Source: an uncultured Planctomycetota bacterium
GTDB lineage: Bacteria; Planctomycetota; Planctomycetia; Isosphaerales; Isosphaeraceae
Assembly: GCA_963737655.1 (NCBI GenBank)
Contig: CAVTTN010000002.1
Coordinates: 6,720,001-6,784,000, forward strand
Direction of reading: 5' to 3'
DNA length: 64,000 nucleotides
Numbering within the stretch: the first letter of the stretch is position 1; every line of letters starts with the position of its first letter. Shown in pieces: positions 1-12,191 of the stretch. The notes beneath the pieces are model-generated. The model saw only the letters and a list, made by a program, of their open reading frames with translations, was not told the origin of the DNA and did not search any database. The translations under genes and the position numbers were made by a program.

Positions 1-2676
1 CACGATCGTGAACGGTCCGGGCCCCCCGGGGATGGAGAACGCGATCAGGTCGGGGGTCGGGCTCTCGGCCTGATTCAGGTCGAGGATCGCCTGGCGGAGC
101 GACCCCGGGCCCGAGTCGTTCGTGTTGGTGACGGCGAACGTCGTGGCGTAGATCGTGATGGTCGACGTCGCCACGTTGGAGGTCTGCGATCCCAGGGTGT
201 CCTCGTACGTGAACGAGTCGGTCCCGAGGAACTCGGGGCCCGGGGCGTAGGTGAATGAGCCGTCCGCGTTGAGCTGGAGGCGGCCGTGGAGCGGGCCGGA
301 AACCAGCGACGCACGGAGCGGGCCGCCCCCGTGGACGTCGAGGTCGTTGCCCAGCACGCCTGGGGCCGCGACCGTGAGCGCCGTATCCACGTCGTCCTTG
401 TAGGAGTCGTCGGCTGCGAACACGGGAGTCGTCGCCGCCCCGATCGGCAGGTCGTTGGAGAATTCGGAGGTGTCGAAGAGCGAGTTGGTGGCCGTGGCGC
501 TGGCGAGGCCCGAAGCCGCCCCCGGGAGGACGGCGAGGAAGCTGGCGACTCCCGAGTCATCCGTCGTCACGGTCGTCTGGCCGAGATAGGTCCGGCCCTC
601 GCCGTGACCTGAGGGATCGGCCGAGGGGCTCGAGAAGAACTGGATGGTGAAGGGGGCATCCGCGGCCGAGTCCAGCGCCCCTTCGATGTAGGTTTGCCCG
701 TCGAAGGACGCGACGGCCCGGAGGACGGGATAGGGTTGGCCCGCGTTGGGCCCGTGCGAGGGCCCGTTGGGGGTCACGCCGTCGCCCCCGAGGTCGATGC
801 CCAGGCCCGCGTTGTCGTGGATCGAGTCGAACAGGATCGAGACGCCGGTCGGATTCCCGTAGTTCGGGTCGGCGACCAGGGCGACGCCGGCCCCCCCGTT
901 GTCGGCGATCACGTCGGCCGCCGCGGGCGATCCCCCGATCGAGTTGCCCGGGTTGGAGATCGTCAGGCCGTTGCCACCGTTGCCCAGGGCCGGGAACCCC
1001 GAGGCGTCGGTGCCGATGTAGTCGCCCTCGATCAGGTTCCGCCCGCTGCCGGACTGGCCCTCCATCAGGATGCCGGCCCTTCCGTTGCCCGCGATCACAT
1101 TAGCCGCCGCCGTGGTCCCCCCGATCGTGTTCAGGGCGCCAGAGAGGTTGATCCCGTCCTGGCCGTTGGGAAGGGGCCGGGTGCCGGAGTAGTCGGTTCC
1201 GATCTCGTTCCCCTGGACGACGTTGAAATCGGAGTCCGTCAGGTCGATCCCGTTGGCCGCATTGCCCGAGATCACGTTGCCGGCCCCGGGCGACGACCCG
1301 CCGATGGTGTTCGACGTCTCCTCGATCATGTAGATCCCGTTTGAGCCGTTTCCCAGGGCCTTCGTGCCGGTGGCGTCGGTGCCGATCTTGTTGCCCTGGA
1401 TGAGGTTGTATCCGGTGAGCTCCGAGGTGAATATGAGGCCATACCCTGAGTTCCCCGAGATGACGTTGCCCAGGCCCGGCGAGGTCCCCCCGATCGTGTT
1501 TCGGCCGTCTCCCGAGAAGATCCCCTCGCCGTTGGGGATGGCCTTCGTGCCGCTGACGTCGGTTCCGATCTCGTTGCCCTGGACGAGGATGCCCTCGCCC
1601 CGAAGGTCGATGCCCGAGCCCGCGTTGCCCGAGATGACGTTGCCCAGGACCTGCGATCCGTCGCTAACCACGACCCCCGAGCCGTTGCCGACGGCGATCG
1701 TCCCGGTCGGGTCGACCCCCACGAGGTTGTCCTGGACCAGCGCCGAGGAGTCGGTGGACACGCCATGCCCGTCAGACCCCGCCCCGCCCAGGACGTTGCC
1801 GGAACCGGCCGAGGGACCGCCGACGGTCGCCCCCGGCGACGACGAGAGCTGGAGGTCGGTGGCCGTATAGCCGAGCCGCGCCGCCCCGGAGCGATCCGTC
1901 CCGTAGTAGCTGCCCTGGAAGACGTCGTCGGGCGAGTTGTTCACGAGCACCCCGCCGCCGGCGTCGACGTACGGGCCGGTCCCCCGGCCGTTGTCGGCGA
2001 TCAGGAGCCGGTCCCCGGCCGACGCCCCTCCGATCGTGACGGCCGGGGCGCCGTCGATCAGGATGCCGACGCTGCCATTGCCGTCGGCGGTGGTGCCGTC
2101 GGGGTCCACGCCGAGGAAATCGCCGGAGATCGAGTCGCCGCCGGCCCCCTCCAGGTGGATCCCGTCGGTGAAGTCCGTGATCGCCAGCCCCCGGACCAGG
2201 CTGCTCCCTCCCGAGATCGCCAGGCCGTCGACCGACGCCCCGGCCTTCGCGCCGTCGAGGTGGATCGCGATCGTGGCGTTGTCGCCTTGCGCCAGCGTAT
2301 TCGGGCTCGAACCGGGCTGCGAATCGCCGTCGATGACGACGGGCCGGGTAATCGTCGGCAGGGCCGAGGCCGGCGAGATCGTCCACGTCCCGGCCTCCGC
2401 GTCGAAACCGGGGTCGGTGGCGGGGACCGCGAAGGCGATCGTGTCGGGAGTGGCGGATGTGTCGGTCGCGTCGGCGTTGACCCGGCCGATCGCCCAGCGG
2501 AGCGAGCCGGGGGCGTCGTCGTCGAAAGTGTCGAGGACCGTGAAGGTCGTGCTCAGGAGCGTCCGGATCTCGAGCACCTCGACCGGGGCGCGCGGGGTCG
2601 CGGCCGTCGGCCGACGTCTCCTCCTGCCCGCGCCACCCCGCCCGGCCCGCTTGGCCCCGAAGATCGGCAGGTCCAT
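1..2676 (-). CDS. Large secreted parallel beta-helix repeat / Ig-like surface protein (runs off the left edge)
   Basis: Not in the ORF track because no stop lies in the window. Manual translation from ATG 2676 gives [22 protein letters not shown]...[32 protein letters not shown] (planctomycete export motif), repeated GNVISGN/GNxIGTD motifs, and a second [15 protein letters not shown] module at the window edge in the same frame. Confidence 0.85.
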   Translation of the reverse strand, partial: MDLPIFGAKRAGRGGAGRRRRRPTAATPRAPVEVLEIRTLLSTTFTVLDTFDDDAPGSLRWAIGRVNADATDTSATPDTIAFAVPATDPGFDAEAGTWTISPASALPTITRPVVIDGDSQPGSSPNTLAQGDNATIAIHLDGAKAGASVDGLAISGGSSLVRGLAITDFTDGIHLEGAGGDSISGDFLGVDPDGTTADGNGSVGILIDGAPAVTIGGASAGDRLLIADNGRGTGPYVDAGGGVLVNNSPDDVFQGSYYGTDRSGAARLGYTATDLQLSSSPGATVGGPSAGSGNVLGGAGSDGHGVSTDSSALVQDNLVGVDPTGTIAVGNGSGVVVSDGSQVLGNVISGNAGSGIDLRGEGILVQGNEIGTDVSGTKAIPNGEGIFSGDGRNTIGGTSPGLGNVISGNSGYGLIFTSELTGYNLIQGNKIGTDATGTKALGNGSNGIYMIEETSNTIGGSSPGAGNVISGNAANGIDLTDSDFNVVQGNEIGTDYSGTRPLPNGQDGINLSGALNTIGGTTAAANVIAGNGRAGILMEGQSGSGRNLIEGDYIGTDASGFPALGNGGNGLTISNPGNSIGGSPAAADVIADNGGAGVALVADPNYGNPTGVSILFDSIHDNAGLGIDLGGDGVTPNGPSHGPNAGQPYPVLRAVASFDGQTYIEGALDSAADAPFTIQFFSSPSADPSGHGEGRTYLGQTTVTTDDSGVASFLAVLPGAASGLASATATNSLFDTSEFSNDLPIGAATTPVFAADDSYKDDVDTALTVAAPGVLGNDLDVHGGGPLRASLVSGPLHGRLQLNADGSFTYAPGPEFLGTDSFTYEDTLGSQTSNVATSTITIYATTFAVTNTNDSGPGSLRQAILDLNQAESPTPDLIAFSIPGGPGPFTIV

Positions 2677-2940
2677 CGGCTCCGTCCCCCTCCCGTCGTC
2701 CCGACGTCGGCGATCCTTGCAGGGAGGGCCCCGGCCGGCTTCGTAGAATCTCCTATTTTGACATGTAAACCGCGTTCGTGCAACCGATCCCAGACGTGCG
2801 TACAGGTGCGACGGGCGGGGACGCCGCCGCGGTCGGCCGGGGCCATGCCCCGAGGGGTGGATCCGCGACGGGCCGGGGGGCCGGCCCCTCGACGGGTTCG
2901 GCTCTCGGGTCCGGGGCTCGTCCCCGGGCGTCCCCCCGGT

Positions 2941-3520
2941 TCATTTCGACCCCGCGGGGCCCCGTTTCCAGATTTCCATCAGCGACTCCGAGCCGCGGCT
3001 GGGGATGCCGTGCTCGGCCATCAGCGGCGACGTGGCCTCGTGGATCGCCCTGCGGCGGAAGACCATCGTCTCGGACGGCTCGCCGTGGAACCGGATCGTC
3101 AGGAACTCGCCCGAGCCGTCGCGGAGCACCTCGACCAGGTGCCGCAGGTTCCTCACGGGCACGCCGTCGACGTCCTTGACCACCCGGCCGAACGGGTCGG
3201 CGTAGCCCCGGGCGATCCGGTGCGGCAGGAGCGGCGAGGTCACCGCCACCAACTCCTCGCCCGGGGACGCGGCCCGGTTGCCCATCCTCGTCATCGGCGG
3301 GTTGCCGAGGGGCGAGGACGAGCCGCCCCGGACGTACAGGCCGACCGCCTCGGAGACCACCGGCGAGAACACCAGAGGGCCGAGGACGAAGTATTCGGGG
3401 CCCGGCCCTCCAGCGGCCGGATCAGGCGGTCGTCGTCCCGGGTCACGGGCACGGCCGAGTCCATCGGCTGCCCCTGACGGATCAGCCGGACCGGGAGGCG
3501 GCCTTCCCTTCGGGCCATCA
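2941..3520 (-). pseudogene. C-terminal fragment of a Deg/HtrA-like (protease Do-like) PDZ protease
   Basis: The tail of ORF 2941..4881 (PEYFVLGPLVFSP...VKDVDGVPVRNLRHLVEVLRD...FLTIRF) resembles the C-terminal PDZ region of Deg2-type proteases. The upstream piece (LPVRLIRQGQPMD...) is in another frame and no protease domain is present. Confidence 0.55.
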
Positions 3521-3558
3521 TGGGCGCCTCGGGGCCGAGGGCGCGAGGGGGTCGGGGC

Positions 3559-4131
3559 ATGGCGAGCGAGGATCGGCCGCCAGCGGGGGCGGGGCCGCCG
3601 GAGCGGTATCGAGAGTTCCTCCGCATGGTCGCCGGCGCCCCGCTGCGGTCGCTCCCGCCCCTGGGCCTGGACCCCTCCGATGCCGCCCAGCGGGCCCTGC
3701 TCAAGGCCCACCAGAACCGCGAGCAATTCCGGGGGGCGAGCGATGCCGAGTACCTGGCCTGGCTCCGACGGGTCCTCGTCCACGACCTCCGCGACGCCGC
3801 CCGCCGCCACGCCCGCGAGGCCGGCGCCCTGGGCGTCGAGGCCGACCTCGAGCGGTCGGCCCTCCGGCTGGAGGACTGGATCGAGGCCGGCGACACCTCC
3901 CCCCCGGCCCGGGCCTCTCGCGCCGAGTCCCTCCTCCGCCTGGCCGGGGCCCTGGCCGGGCTGCCCGAAGACCAGCGCCGGGCCGTCGAGCTCCGCCACC
4001 TCGTCGGCCTGGCCGTCCCTCAGGTCGCCGCGAGGATGGAGCGGACCGTCCCGGCCGTCGCCGGGCTGCTCCGCCGAGGGCTGGAGGCGCTGCGGAGGGC
4101 GGTCCCCGACCTGCTCGACGGCCTCGCCTGA
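3559..4131 (+). CDS. ECF-type sigma-70 factor
   Basis: Region 2 motif DPSDAAQRALLKAH...FRG...LAWLRRVL and region 4 motif LPEDQRRAVELRHLVGL...VAARMERT; directly upstream of a kinase gene. Confidence 0.9.
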   Translation: MASEDRPPAGAGPPERYREFLRMVAGAPLRSLPPLGLDPSDAAQRALLKAHQNREQFRGASDAEYLAWLRRVLVHDLRDAARRHAREAGALGVEADLERSALRLEDWIEAGDTSPPARASRAESLLRLAGALAGLPEDQRRAVELRHLVGLAVPQVAARMERTVPAVAGLLRRGLEALRRAVPDLLDGLA

Positions 4132-4158
4132 GCCGACGCATCCCCCCGAGACCCGGCC

Positions 4159-6921
4159 ATGAACCCCGAGGATTCCACCCGGGAACACGGAGGAGGCGAC
4201 CGGCTCGACTCGGCCCTGGCCGCCTACCACGAGGCGGAGGCCCGCGGCGAGGCGCCGGGCCTCGACACATTCCTCGCGTTGCGGTCCGACCTGGCCGACG
4301 GGCTCCGCGCCTACTTCGGCGTCGGGAGGAGGCTGGCGGAACTGGTCGGGGCGCCACGGGGCGACGGGCTGGACGACTTCGAGGTCTTGGGCGAGCTGGG
4401 CCGGGGCGGGATGGGCGTGGTGTTCGAGGCCCGTCAGAGGAGCCTGGGGCGGCCCGTGGCCCTGAAGATGATCCTGGGCTTGGCCGGCGGCGAGGAGGCC
4501 CGGCTGCTCCGCCGCGAGGCCGAGGCCGCCGCCCTGGACCACCCGGGGATCGTCCCGATCTACCTGGTCGGCGAGCACGACGGCCTCCCCTTCTTCGCCA
4601 TGAAGCTCATCCGGGGGGCCTCGCTCCGCGACCACCTGGGGCGGCTCCGCGCCGACCCCCGGGCGGCCTCCGCCACGCTGGCCGCCGTGGCCCGGGCCAT
4701 CCACCACGCCCACCGCAGGGGCGTCCTCCACCTCGACCTGAAGCCGGGCAACGTCCTGATCGACGAGGACGGCCGCCCGGTGGTCACCGACTTCGGCCTG
4801 GCCAAGAGCGCCGGGTCGGAGACCGGGCTGACGGCCCTGGGCAGCCCGGTCGGCACGGCCGAGTACATGAGCCCCGAGCAAGGCCGCCGGCCGTCGTGAC
4901 GCGGTGACCGTCGCGGCCGACGTCTACGGCCTGGGCGCCACTCGCTACGCCATCCTGACCGGCCGCCCCCCGCACCCGGGGGACTCGCTGGCCGAGACGC
5001 TGAGGAAGGTCCTGGAGGAGGAGCCGGCCCGGCCCCGGGCGATCGACTCGGGCGCCGACCGCGACCTGGAGGCGATCTGCCTGAAGTGCCTGGAGAGGGA
5101 CCCGAGGCGCCGCTACCCCTCGGCCGAGGCCCTGGCCGAGGACCTGGAGCGGAGGCGCGACGGCCTGCCGATCGCCGCGAGGACGCCGACGGCCTGGACC
5201 CACCTCGACCGCTGGCGACGGCGTCGCCCGGCGCTGGCGGCGATGCTGGCCCTGATCGTAGTCGGCACCCTGGCCTCCTTGGCCGTGGTCACCCGGCTCT
5301 GGCTCGACTCCGTCGCCGCACGGGCCGCGCTGGAGGAGGAGGCCTACGCCGACCGGATCGCCCTGGCCGACCGCGAGATCGCCGCCGGCCGGGTCGGCCG
5401 CGCAGAGGAGCTCCTGGAGGAATGCCCGGACAGGCTCCGGGGCTGGGAATGGCACCACCTGACCCGCCGGGGGGAGGCCCAGACTCTCCCGAGACAGGGC
5501 CCGCCGTCGATGATCGCCGTCCTGGCCTACAGCCCCGACGGCCGGTGGCTGGCCTCGGTCGGGGAGGACGGATGCCTGATCGTCCGCGACTCCCGGGCCG
5601 GCGCCGTGCGATTCTCGGCCCGCGACCCCGGCCTCGTCCCAGCCTCGAGCGTGGCCTATCGGGAGGATGGGCGGTCCCTCCTGGTGGGGACCTCCGGCGG
5701 AGACCTGATCGAGCGGGACGCGACGACCGGCGCCGAGACCTCGCGCCGGCCGCTCCACGTCCGCGCCATCCGCCGGATCGCCCCGAGCCCCGACGGCCTC
5801 CGGGTCGCGACCGCCGGGGACGATCGGACCGTCCGCATCCTGGACGCGACGAGCCTGCGGGAGCTGCTGAGCCTGGAGGGCGCCTCGCGGAGCATCCGGG
5901 CCGTGGCCTTCTCGCCCGACGGGCTCCGCCTGGCCTCCGGGGGGCTGGACGGCCAGGTGGTCCTCCGCGACGGAGCGCCCTGCCGGCGCCCATGGACCGG
6001 GAGCCGAGGGTCCTCCGGGGCCACGAGGGGACGGTCTCGGCCGTGGCCTTCGGGCCCGGGGGCACGCTGGCGACGGCCTCGGCCGACGGCACGGCGAGGA
6101 TCTGGGACGCGGCGACCGGGCGGGCCGTCCGCACGATCCGGCCGGGTTCCGGGGCGCTGACGGCCCTGGCCTTCTCCCCCGACGGCCGCCTGCTCGCCAC
6201 GGCCGGGAGGGACCGGAAGGTCAACGTCTAGGACCCGGGCACGGGCCGCCTGATCGTCCCCATAAGCCCCCACAACGGGGTCATCACCGCCCTGGCCTTC
6301 CGCCCCGACGGAGGGGCCCTGGCCGCCGCCGGCGACGACGGGTTCGTCCGCATCAAGGACGCCAGGACGTGGGAATCCCTGGCCGTCCAGGGCTCGGTCA
6401 GCCTCCCGGGGGGCCCCGGCGTCCCGATGACCTCGGTGGCCTTCCGGCCCGGGGGCCGAGACGTGGCGATGGGGCTGGCCATACCGGCGGTCCTCGTCGT
6501 CGATCCCGAGGACCGGAAGGCACGGGTCCGGACCGCGGCCACTCCGGCGGCGACGGTCCATTGCGTCGCCTACAGCCCCGACGGCCGCGTCCTGGCGGCG
6601 GGGGACTCGACCCACGGGGTCCGGCTCTGGGACGCCAGCACCCTCCGCTCCCTGAGGGTCCTGGCGGGCCACGAGGGGGACGTCCTGGCCCTGGCCTACA
6701 GCCCCGTCGGCCGGCGGATCGCCAGCGGGGGCTACGAGGGGTCGGTGCGGATCTGGGACGCCGAGGCCGGCCGGGAGCTCCACGTCCTGAGGGACGGCGT
6801 CGGCCCGATCGCCTCGGTCGCCTTCAGCCCCGACGGCCGCCGCCTGGCCGCCGCCCGGGGCGACCGCTCGGTCCTGCTCTGGGACCTCGACCGACTCCCC
6901 CCTCTGGCCTCGGCGAAATAG
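4159..6921 (+). pseudogene. Ser/Thr protein kinase with TM segment and WD40 repeats (frameshifted)
   Basis: Kinase motifs GRGGMGVV, VALK, HLDLKPGN, DFGLAK, YMSPEQ; continues in ORF 4904..6160 (DVYGLG, TM, WD40), shifts near 5975, has an in-frame TAG at 6229-6231 where a WD Trp is expected, then WD40 repeats to 6921. Confidence 0.85.
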
Positions 6922-7097
6922 CCCCGGCGGGCCGTCCGGAAAAAATCCCGAGAAAGCGCGGTCGGAAAACCCGCGCCGATCGTCGTCCAGTCCTGAGGGA
7001 GCGGACGAGCCCTCTCCCGAGACCCACGATCGAGGCGGCCGAAAGGCCCGCCAATGTCCCCGATAAGCCCCGACGAAGGACACCCGGGAGGAACCCC

Positions 7098-10000
7098 ACC
7101 CGCATCGACCGCCTCCTCAACCGATTTCGAAGGACCACTCCCCACCGCCGGAGGGCCACGGACCTCGCCCTCCGCCCCGCCGGGCCTGATCGATTGGAGT
7201 TGGAGAGGCGACGGCTCCTGGCCATGTACGTCGTGACCACAACGATCGATTTTGGCGGTGTCGACCCCTCCGGCAAGGATTTCAGCCTCAGAGATGCCAT
7301 CAGTTTCGCGAACGAATCCGGGGAACCGAGCACAGTCCTCTTCAATTTCACCGGAGACACAACCAGGATCGACGGCCTCCCCACGATCACCGTCGATAAT
7401 CCCCTGCAGGCCATCACCGTCCCTATCGCGATCGACGGGACCAGCGGGTACGGCTCGGCAATCCATCCCGGGGTCCAGCTCCGTGGGGTCCCGGGCGACG
7501 GGACTGGAGATGGGCTGTTGTTCAGCGGAAGCGGAGCGACTGGTTCGGTCGTCCGAGGCCTCGCGATCGGTGGATTTCAGGACAACGGGATTAGCCTGTT
7601 CGACGTAAGCGGTGTCTCGATCCAGACCTGCTACGTCGGTACGAACGGAACAGGCGAAGCGGCGAATGGCAACGGGATCGATGGCATCGCGTTGCTGAGG
7701 ACCAGCAACATCACCATCGGCGGCTTCGCCACGGGCACCGCCAACGTGATGTCGGGCAACGCGGGCGACGGCATCGGCCCGGTGTCCTCATCCCAGACGG
7801 CCGTTGTGGGCAACCGCATCGGCACGAACGCGGCCGGGTCCGCAGCCCTGGTCAACGCGAGCAACGGGGTGGAGGTCGATGCCCCTTCCCAGGGAACGAC
7901 CATCGGCGGCACCGCGCCGGGCTCGGGCAACGTGATCTCGGCCAACGGGGGCAACGGCGTCCGCCTCGACGGCGGCGCCTCGCCCACCGCCCTGAACGCC
8001 GTGATCGCCGGCAACATCATCGGGCTGGACGCCACCGCCACGAAACGGCTGGGCAACGCCTATCAAAACATCTGCGCCTACGACGCGACCGGCAACACCA
8101 TCGGCGGCACGGTCGCCGGGGAGACCAACGTCATCGGCGCCAGCGGCCAGGTCGGCCTATGGATCGACACAGGATCGACGGGCAATCTCGTCGCCGGCAA
8201 CCTGATCGGGACCAACTCGGCCGGGGCGTCGGGGCTGGGCAAGTCGTACCAGGGGATCTACGACAACGCGCCGAACAACACGATCGGGGCCGTGGCCGGG
8301 CCGGCCCAGGTGATCGTCGGCAGCGGCAACAACGGCGTGGCGATCAGCGCGGCGGCCCCGGGGGCGCTGGTCCAGGGGAACCTGATTGGCATCGGCCCGG
8401 GCGGGTCGGCGATCCCGAACTCTCAGGACGGCGTGCTGGTCCTCGGCCCCGGGGCCACGATCGGGGGGACCTCGGCGGCGGCCCGCAACGTGATCTCGGG
8501 AAACGGCCAGGCGGGGGTCTCGATCTCGGGGTCGGCCGCCTCCCGGGAACCTGGTCGAGGGCGATTACATCGGCACGGATTTGACCGGGCCTCGGCCATC
8601 GCCAATCAAAACAACGGCGTGGCCATCACGGGCGGAGCGTCGTCGAACACCATCGGGGGCAGCTCGGCCGCCGGCGCCGGGGACCTGATCTCCGGCAATG
8701 CGCCCACCCTGTCCTCTGGTGACGGCGTGTACATCAGCGACGCCGGGACGACCGGCAATCTCGTCCTTGGCAACACGATCGGCCTGAACGTCTCCGGGGC
8801 CGTCCTTGGGAACGGATATGGAGGGGTGGATCTGAGGCCCGGAGCCTCGGCCAACACCATCGGCGGGACCTCGCCCTCAACTCGGAACATTCTTTCGGGC
8901 AACGTGATCGGCGTGTTGATCGTCGGCTCGGCTTCGAACCTGGTCGAGGGCAACTCCATCGGGACCGATCCGGCGGGGAACTCGGCCCGGCCGAATAGTT
9001 TCGGGGTCCTGGTCAGCAACGGGGCGACGTCCAATACGATCGGAGGGAATGCGGCCCTTGGCGCGGGGAACGTGATCTCGGGCAATAGCCTGGATGGCGT
9101 CGAGATCCGCAATTCGGGGGCGAACGGGAACGTCCTCGTGGGCGACCTCATCGGCTTGAATGCGATGGGCAACGCCCTGGGCAATGGCCGGACGGGAGTT
9201 CAGATCTACAACAATTCCGGCAACACCGTCGGCGGGAGTTCACCGGCGCTCCGCAACGTCATCTCGAGTAATTCGGCCGACGCCGTGGATGTCTTCGGCC
9301 TCGGGGCCTTTTCGAATGTCATCCTGGGCAATGATATCGGCACCGATCCCACGGGCACGACGGCGCGGGCCAACGGGGGGGTTGGAGTCGCTCTCTTCTC
9401 CTCGGCCCACGGCAACACGATCGGCGGGGCGTTGCCCGGCTCGGGCAATGTGATCTCGGGCAACTCGGGGGCTGGCGTCTCGGTCCTGGGCAGCCAGGCC
9501 GTGGGGGACTCGATCCTCGGCGACCTGATCTTCGCGAATGGGACGATCGGCATCGACCTGGGAGGCGATGGGGCCACTCCCAATCATCCCGGGGGCGCAG
9601 TGTCCGGGCCGAACTCGCTCCAGAACCATCCCGTCCTGACCTCCGCCTATAGCACCCCGATGACGACCATCCTCGGGGGCACCCTGGATAGCCTTCCGAA
9701 CTCGTCGTTCCGCGTGGAAATGTTCGCCGGGCCTCCGGGCGGTGGGTCCTCGGTGTTCCTCGGGTTCGCGACGGTGGCGACCGGCGGCTCGGGCCATGGG
9801 TCGTTCTCGTTCCAGACGGCCTTTCGGGTCGATCCGGGTTGGGTCGTGACGGCCACGGCGACCGACTCCTCGGGCGATACCTCCGAGTTCTCGGCCCCTG
9901 CGACCGTCTCGCAGACGACCGACGTGACGTCGTCGGTGACGGTCGTCCGAGGGGGGTTCGTGATCACCAACCGCAAGCTCGGGACGTTCAGCCAGGAGGT

Positions 10001-10265
10001 CACGATCCGGAACACCTCCGGCCATGCTCTCCTGGGGCCGATCTCGCCGGTCCTCGATGGCCTGGCCAACGCCTCGCTCGTCAATTCGACGGGCGTGACG
10101 GGCCCGGCCAATCCGCCGGCCGGAAGCCCTTATCTCGACCTGGTCCCTCCCCTCGGCTCGCTAGCCGACGGGGGCAGCGTGACGGTTTATCTCGTGTTCT
10201 CCGACCCGACCTTCCGGACGATTTCTTACACTGCCAAGGTCCTCGCCGGAGGAGGCCCCCGGTGA
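7098..10265 (+). CDS. Large secreted parallel beta-helix repeat protein with the shared C-terminal domain (start uncertain)
   Basis: Part of ORF 6369..10265: RRRATDLALRP...LELERRRLLA export motif, SLRDAI module, many NVISGN/GNxIGT repeats. GGAGGA at 7087-7092 but no ATG right after it. Short out-of-frame patch at 8541-8593. Confidence 0.85.
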   Translation, partial: TRIDRLLNRFRRTTPHRRRATDLALRPAGPDRLELERRRLLAMYVVTTTIDFGGVDPSGKDFSLRDAISFANESGEPSTVLFNFTGDTTRIDGLPTITVDNPLQAITVPIAIDGTSGYGSAIHPGVQLRGVPGDGTGDGLLFSGSGATGSVVRGLAIGGFQDNGISLFDVSGVSIQTCYVGTNGTGEAANGNGIDGIALLRTSNITIGGFATGTANVMSGNAGDGIGPVSSSQTAVVGNRIGTNAAGSAALVNASNGVEVDAPSQGTTIGGTAPGSGNVISANGGNGVRLDGGASPTALNAVIAGNIIGLDATATKRLGNAYQNICAYDATGNTIGGTVAGETNVIGASGQVGLWIDTGSTGNLVAGNLIGTNSAGASGLGKSYQGIYDNAPNNTIGAVAGPAQVIVGSGNNGVAISAAAPGALVQGNLIGIGPGGSAIPNSQDGVLVLGPGATIGGTSAAARNVISGNGQAGVSISGSAASREPGRGRLHRHGFDRASAIANQNNGVAITGGASSNTIGGSSAAGAGDLISGNAPTLSSGDGVYISDAGTTGNLVLGNTIGLNVSGAVLGNGYGGVDLRPGASANTIGGTSPSTRNILSGNVIGVLIVGSASNLVEGNSIGTDPAGNSARPNSFGVLVSNGATSNTIGGNAALGAGNVISGNSLDGVEIRNSGANGNVLVGDLIGLNAMGNALGNGRTGVQIYNNSGNTVGGSSPALRNVISSNSADAVDVFGLGAFSNVILGNDIGTDPTGTTARANGGVGVALFSSAHGNTIGGALPGSGNVISGNSGAGVSVLGSQAVGDSILGDLIFANGTIGIDLGGDGATPNHPGGAVSGPNSLQNHPVLTSAYSTPMTTILGGTLDSLPNSSFRVEMFAGPPGGGSSVFLGFATVATGGSGHGSFSFQTAFRVDPGWVVTATATDSSGDTSEFSAPATVSQTTDVTSSVTVVRGGFVITNRKLGTFSQEVTIRNTSGHALLGPISPVLDGLANASLVNSTGVTGPANPPAGSPYLDLVPPLGSLADGGSVTVYLVFSDPTFRTISYTAKVLAGGGPR

Positions 10266-10291
10266 CGAACCCTGGCGCGGGAACCCCGACC

Positions 10292-11071
10292 ATGCGCCTC
10301 AAGACGACGATGCCCCCGGCCCTGATGCTCGGGCTGGCCCTCGCCCTCCCGCCGGCCCCCTCGCGGGCCGACTTCGTGTTCGACGTGACCTTGGACACAT
10401 CCCCCCTGAACGCCCCGGGCGCGGCCTTCGGCGGCGGCGGGCCGTACTCGATCGACTTCACCCTGACGGGCGCTGACCCGGCCCAGGCGAACTCGGTGCG
10501 GATCGCCGCGATCGATCTCGGCGGGGGCTCGGCGATGGGGCCGGCGTCGACGATCAACGGGGCGGCCGGGGACCTGACCTCGGGCGTGATCCTGGACGAC
10601 TCCGGGGGGTGGTTCTTCAACGACTTCAATCAGGTCTTCCTGCCCGGGGCTTCCCTGAGCTTCGAGGTCGCGACGACGGCAGACTTCGCCGGGGTCGCCC
10701 CCGACCTCCTGTCGTTCTCGATCCTCGACGCGGGAGGCGACCCGATCCCCACGGGCGACCCGACGGGCGGGGGCGCCCTCTTCTTCGTAACGCTGGACGG
10801 GCCGTCGCCGTCGCTAACGGATGCCTTCTCGGGCACGGACTCGTCGGGGACCCTGATGATCGGCCCGCCGAGCCTGACAAGGGCGGTCCCCGAGCCGTCG
10901 AGCGTGACCCTGCTCGTGCTCGGGGGCGCGGCCCTGCTCCGAGGGCGTCGCCGGCCCCGGCCTGCGGACGCCCTCGAGTCGCCGCCGACGCGACCCTGGA
11001 GGTCGTCTCATCGACGTCCAGGTAGGGATGCCCTCGGGCTTCGGGACGATTCGGGCGGACCTCCAGGATAA
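10292..11071 (+). CDS. PEP-CTERM sorting-domain protein (NF038129-like)
   Basis: Signal peptide ...APSRA|DFVFDVTLDTSPL; C-terminal VPEPSSVTLLVLGGAALLRGRRR. Confidence 0.9.
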   Translation: MRLKTTMPPALMLGLALALPPAPSRADFVFDVTLDTSPLNAPGAAFGGGGPYSIDFTLTGADPAQANSVRIAAIDLGGGSAMGPASTINGAAGDLTSGVILDDSGGWFFNDFNQVFLPGASLSFEVATTADFAGVAPDLLSFSILDAGGDPIPTGDPTGGGALFFVTLDGPSPSLTDAFSGTDSSGTLMIGPPSLTRAVPEPSSVTLLVLGGAALLRGRRRPRPADALESPPTRPWRSSHRRPGRDALGLRDDSGGPPG

Positions 11072-12191
11072 GGGCGTGGTCGATCGTGGAACTTCGGGGG
11101 GTGGCCTCTCGATCGTCGGGGGCTCGACCCGGGCCGCTTCGGGGGCCTGGATGTCGAGAGCGGTGGCGCCGGGGCGGGGAGGGGTCATGACCAGAGCCCG
11201 GTGAGCGAGGTCGAAACCCTCCATCTCTCGACCGTCGGGGGAAGCGATCGACAGCGAGGCCCCGGAGAACGGCCGGGCCTCCAAGCCGTTTTGTGGCCCC
11301 TTCGGCCTGGTCCCGCTCCTGTTAGGGGCCGGGTGAAGTCGTCGCGGGTGCGTTCTCGACGCGTCGCGGCCGCCAGTAGGGCCGTCGCCCCGGGTCGCCG
11401 AGCTGCCCGCGGCGGGATCCGTGGCCTCGAGCCCGCGGACTACGAGGGGCGCCGGCCCCTCCCTTTCGACCCGCCGCTCCGATCGAGGCCGAGACCCCGG
11501 GATGGGCCACGAAGAAGCGTCGCACCCGGCGATCCTCCTTCGTCGGGGATCGTTCGACGCTCGGCCCCAGGCCGGGCCGGCGGCCCGGTGGCGAAGGGCG
11601 TCGCGAATGATGCCTCGCCGGGCACCTCGGCCGAGGTGCCGTGCCCCAGCCCGGGGCGGGCCGCGGTCGGCGACGGCGTTCGTGGATGTCCGAGGGACCG
11701 GACCCGTGCCCTCCCCGGGTGTCCCTTTCTGGAGTGCCTCGGTCCCCCTCGTCCTCGTCCTTCAGCCCGTGCCTCCCGGTGGGCCGGAGGCCCGCCCCGA
11801 CGCGGGTGGCGGCCTCGGCCTCCCCCGACGGCCGGTCGATCGGGCTGCGCCCGCGGGTGCAATCCCCCGGGGGGCGGCCGGTCGAGGACACCTCGTCGAG
11901 GATTCGGACGCATGCCCGGCTCGTGATCGCAACGATCGCGGCTCTGGGCCTCGGGGCGTCCGGGTGGCCGAAGGCTCCGTCTCCGACCCGACGCGGGCCG
12001 CCGGGTAAAGCGGGGCGTTTGGGACCTCGGCCGTCCCCCGTCCCGCGCCCCAGGCCCATCCCCGGGGCGACGGCCCTGCCGGCCGTCCGTGCACCTTCGA
12101 GCGACCACCGGCGGCGCGAGGCGGCCCCTGAGGGCTAAGGAAAAGGCCTCGCCGGCTCCGGGTCCGCCCGGGGCCGGCGAGCCGTGTTACA

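Noticed and set aside
6229..6231. In-frame TAG as stop-codon recoding or pyrrolysine
   Set aside because: Single instance at a TGG position in a gene that also has frameshifts; TAG terminates other genes here normally (e.g. 6921, 63785).
6369..7097. N-terminal 240 aa of the 1298-aa ORF
   Set aside because: Overlaps the WD40 gene in another frame; the export motif places the real start near 7100.
11072..12190. Overlapping ORFs between the PEP-CTERM gene and the hypothetical pair
   Set aside because: Low-complexity R/P/G translations in all frames; at most decayed fragments.
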